This document shows positions 32,380 through 34,962 of a stretch of DNA of 34,962 nucleotides, piece after piece (the first letter of the stretch is position 1; each line of letters starts with the position of its first letter). A model generated the notes under the pieces. It saw only the letters and a program-made list of their open reading frames with translations. It had not been told where the DNA came from and did no database searches. The translations under genes and the position numbers were made by a program. The stretch is from Fonticula alba ATCC 38817 (lineage: Eukaryota; Protista; Nucleariida): assembly GCA_000388065.2 (NCBI GenBank), contig KB932207.1; one strand, written 5' to 3'.

Positions 32380-34863
32380 TTACATGGTGGCAACGACGGC
32401 CGGGTGGGGGCCATGACGGTGTGAGGGGCTGGCGCCGGCGCCGGCCACCACACCGAATGGCGTCAAGAGGGAGGGATGCCCGAGCATCGAGTCGAAGAGC
32501 TTCTCGCTGGCCAAAAACCGCGTCGAGAAGGAGAGAATCCGATCCAGTGGCGTGCCATCCTCCTGTGCGAGGGCCGGGGCCACCGCCGCAAGGTGGGGAG
32601 GATCGGCGGCGCCGGCAGGCCCTGGCGCCGAGCCCGGCGCCATGAGACAGGCATCCAACGGCCGCCCATAGTAGTCGGAGTGCGTCGAAGCGATGGCCAC
32701 CAGCAGCGGCATGTCACCAAGGGGCAGGCCGAGCTTCTGCGACACGTGGCGATACGTGAGCGAGGGTGGCATGTGTTGTGCGATCGATTGTCCGCCCCCG
32801 GGGACGGATGACGATGTGGCTGGCTGTGCCATGGCAGGAGCCCCATTGGCCTCGAGAGAGGGATCCATCACCGGTGTCGGCTGGCGGCCCGGGCCCGAAG
32901 GCGAGGCCATCGGGGCAGGGACCGAAATCGAGGCGACATACTCCGCCAGGAGGACGCTGCGGAGGAAGAGCACCTGAAGGCTGTCCTCCATGTGCTGGGA
33001 AACCTGGGAGCGCGGGCAGCAGGTCAGAGCCACCGAAGAGAAAAGGAGGAAGGGGGGCGAGGGGGAGGGGAGGGGGGCGAGGGGCGGCGAACAAGGAACA
33101 AGCCCCGGTCCCAAGCGGGCGCATGCACGGGAGGGCGCGGCTGGGGGGGGGGGGAGGGAGAACATACCACAGCCGAGGGAAGACCAGTCCGATGGAGAAG
33201 TTCCACCGTGTGCAGCAGCGCAGCCACCGAGGGCGAACTGGTCACCAGGCGCCGGCGGGTGGGGGTGGCTCGGAGCGAGGGCAGGAGCTGGCTTTCCAGG
33301 ATGAAGACAATCGGCCGGCCAGTGGAGTCCACCGAGCAGGCCGCGCCCCCCCGGGGGAAGGGAGCCGTGAGAGTGGACATGGAGGGCTCGGCCTCGGTCG
33401 CCGCGGCACCCGCCGGAACAGCCGGCGACCCGGGCCCGGGCGAGGAGGCCACAAGACTGGCACCGGCGCCGGCCGCGTGGACAACGGCGGCGGCCGCGGC
33501 CGCGGCCGCTGCTGCCGCCGAGGCAGGAACCCCCCCGGCTGGCCCGGGGGGAGGAGGCCCCGGGCGGACCGGGCGCCGGAGCGACGGAACCAGCCAGCCA
33601 GCTCCCCACGACCCGAGGGATGTCAAGTCAATGACCACGGCCGAGCTCCGCACCACCGGGGCCGAGCGGGCAGTGCCACCGGCACCGGTGGGCAGACGCC
33701 GGCCAAGAGCCCCACGCACGTCTCGCACCAGGCGGTCCAGGGCCCCGGTGGGCGAGTCGCCGACAAGTTGTCCGGATGGCCCGCCGCCGGTGGGCGACGG
33801 CCCGGCGGGCACGGCCCCGGCCAGGGCCTCGGCAGGTGTGAAGGGCAACACCGGCATGCTGCGGAAGGGGATCGCCTGCAACACCAGATCCGGGGTGAAT
33901 CCATGCGGACACAGGCCACCCAACAGGGGGTGGCCCGAAGGCATGCCGCCGCCAGGACGCCGGTCAGGGCGAAGGGACGGCATGGATGATCGAGCCGGGC
34001 GAGGCCGGGCTGGCGTCGACGATGGCGAAGAAGAGGAAGATGATGCCGCTGCGGATGATGACCAGGAAGACGAGGCCGGAGCGGAAGAGGAGAAGGGCGA
34101 GGAGGACGAGGATGACGGGGAGGGGCCTGACGAGGCCGGTGCCGTGGCGACCCGCGACCCGCCGGCATGACAGGGCAGCGGCACGATGAAACGACAAGCC
34201 GGCTTGCTGCTGGCGGCGGTGGGATTGGCCGGAGGCGGGGACTCGGAAGCCCCGTCGGGGGTCACTTGGATGCCCACCTCCGGGGAACATCGCAGGAAGT
34301 AGGAAAGGACATTCAACAGGGCCTTGGTCACCCGGGCCGGGCCACCGACAATGACCACTCGCGATTGGGTGAGCCCGGAGACGGACTTGGGTGTGGCTGC
34401 CACCGGGGCACCATGCTCCATGGCCGGAGTGGAGTCCTCATCGGCCAGGGGCCCGGCCGAATCGCCGCCCAGACTCAACGACGAGGCCGGCGTGGCCGGC
34501 GTGCTGGCGGCCGACCCGTCGCCCAGGCCCGAGGCCGGGATGGGAACCGAGGCCGTGGCACGAGCCGCGGTCACTTGGGGATCGGCGCTGGCCGACAGCT
34601 CGGACACCGTGTGCGGAGCGACGCTCCCATACAGGCAGGCCGCCTGGGCCGAGGCCGCCGACAGGCCAGGCCGCCGACTGCCGCGCGGGCTGTCACCGGC
34701 AGTGGCGGCAGCCCCGGCCGGCAGGCGGCTGGTTGTGGCTTTGGGGATGATGGTCGAGACCCAGGAACGATGGTAGACAAGCACCGCGGTCAGGATCTCC
34801 GAGAGGAGGTTCGGCAGGTTTTGATCGCGGAAGAAGTAATTCAAGAAAATCAAGTCGGCCACA
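32380..34863 (-). CDS. FNIP: Folliculin-interacting protein (FNIP1/2, yeast Lst4) homologue, 3' portion only; the gene continues beyond the window
   Basis: LLSEILTAVLVYHRSWVSTI and SRVVIVGGPARVTKALLNVLSYFLRCS match the FNIP middle domain. LLGGLCPHGFTPDLVLQAI, SPSVAALLHTVELL..|VSQHMEDSLQVLFLRSVLLAEYV and LGLPLGDMPLLVAIASTHSDY match the FNIP C-terminal domain. Intron 33004-33167 (GTATGT..CAG). Acceptor at 34864. Confidence 0.9.
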
Positions 34864-34962
34864 CTGGGTTGGGAGAGGGAGCGGAGGAAGAGTGGCAGGG
34901 GTGAGCTTGGGGCGAGGGAGGGCGAGGGAGGGCGAGGGAGAGGGAGGGAGAGGGAGAGGGAG

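Noticed and set aside
1-34962. Hundreds of long overlapping ORFs in the six-frame track (Arg/Gly/Pro/Ala-rich, or poly-HT/CV/LS)
   Set aside because: Expected from stop-codon scarcity at high GC and from translating microsatellites. They are antisense or off-frame shadows of the nine spliced genes.

Overview
Eukaryotic, very GC-rich, intron-rich genomic DNA. Introns are full of poly-C, (CA)n and (CT)n tracts. The style resembles the holomycotan amoeba Fonticula, but that is my inference and was not checked against a database. Most of the supplied six-frame ORFs are GC-rich shadows. By manually splicing GT..AG introns I can support nine protein-coding genes, in this order: ankyrin+SAM protein (+), RNI-like LRR protein (-), orphan protein of ~620 aa (+), SUMO E1 subunit UBA2 (-), TOPORS-like RING E3 with an RS tail (+), WD40/coiled-coil/PH protein (-), MRS2 Mg2+ channel (-), SLC38/AVT-family amino-acid transporter (+), and the 3' part of an FNIP/Lst4 homologue (-). 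There are three assembly gaps. I found no tRNA, rRNA, CRISPR array or transposon. The best leads are: two pathway-related neighbour pairs (UBA2-TOPORS head-to-head; SLC38-FNIP tail-to-tail), an LRR gene built from symmetric phase-1 exons, a 5' splice-site consensus with +4 C/T, a perfect 34-bp palindrome in unexplained intergenic DNA, and a ~134-aa insertion in the MRS2 selectivity loop. All family assignments come from recalled motifs, not from searches.
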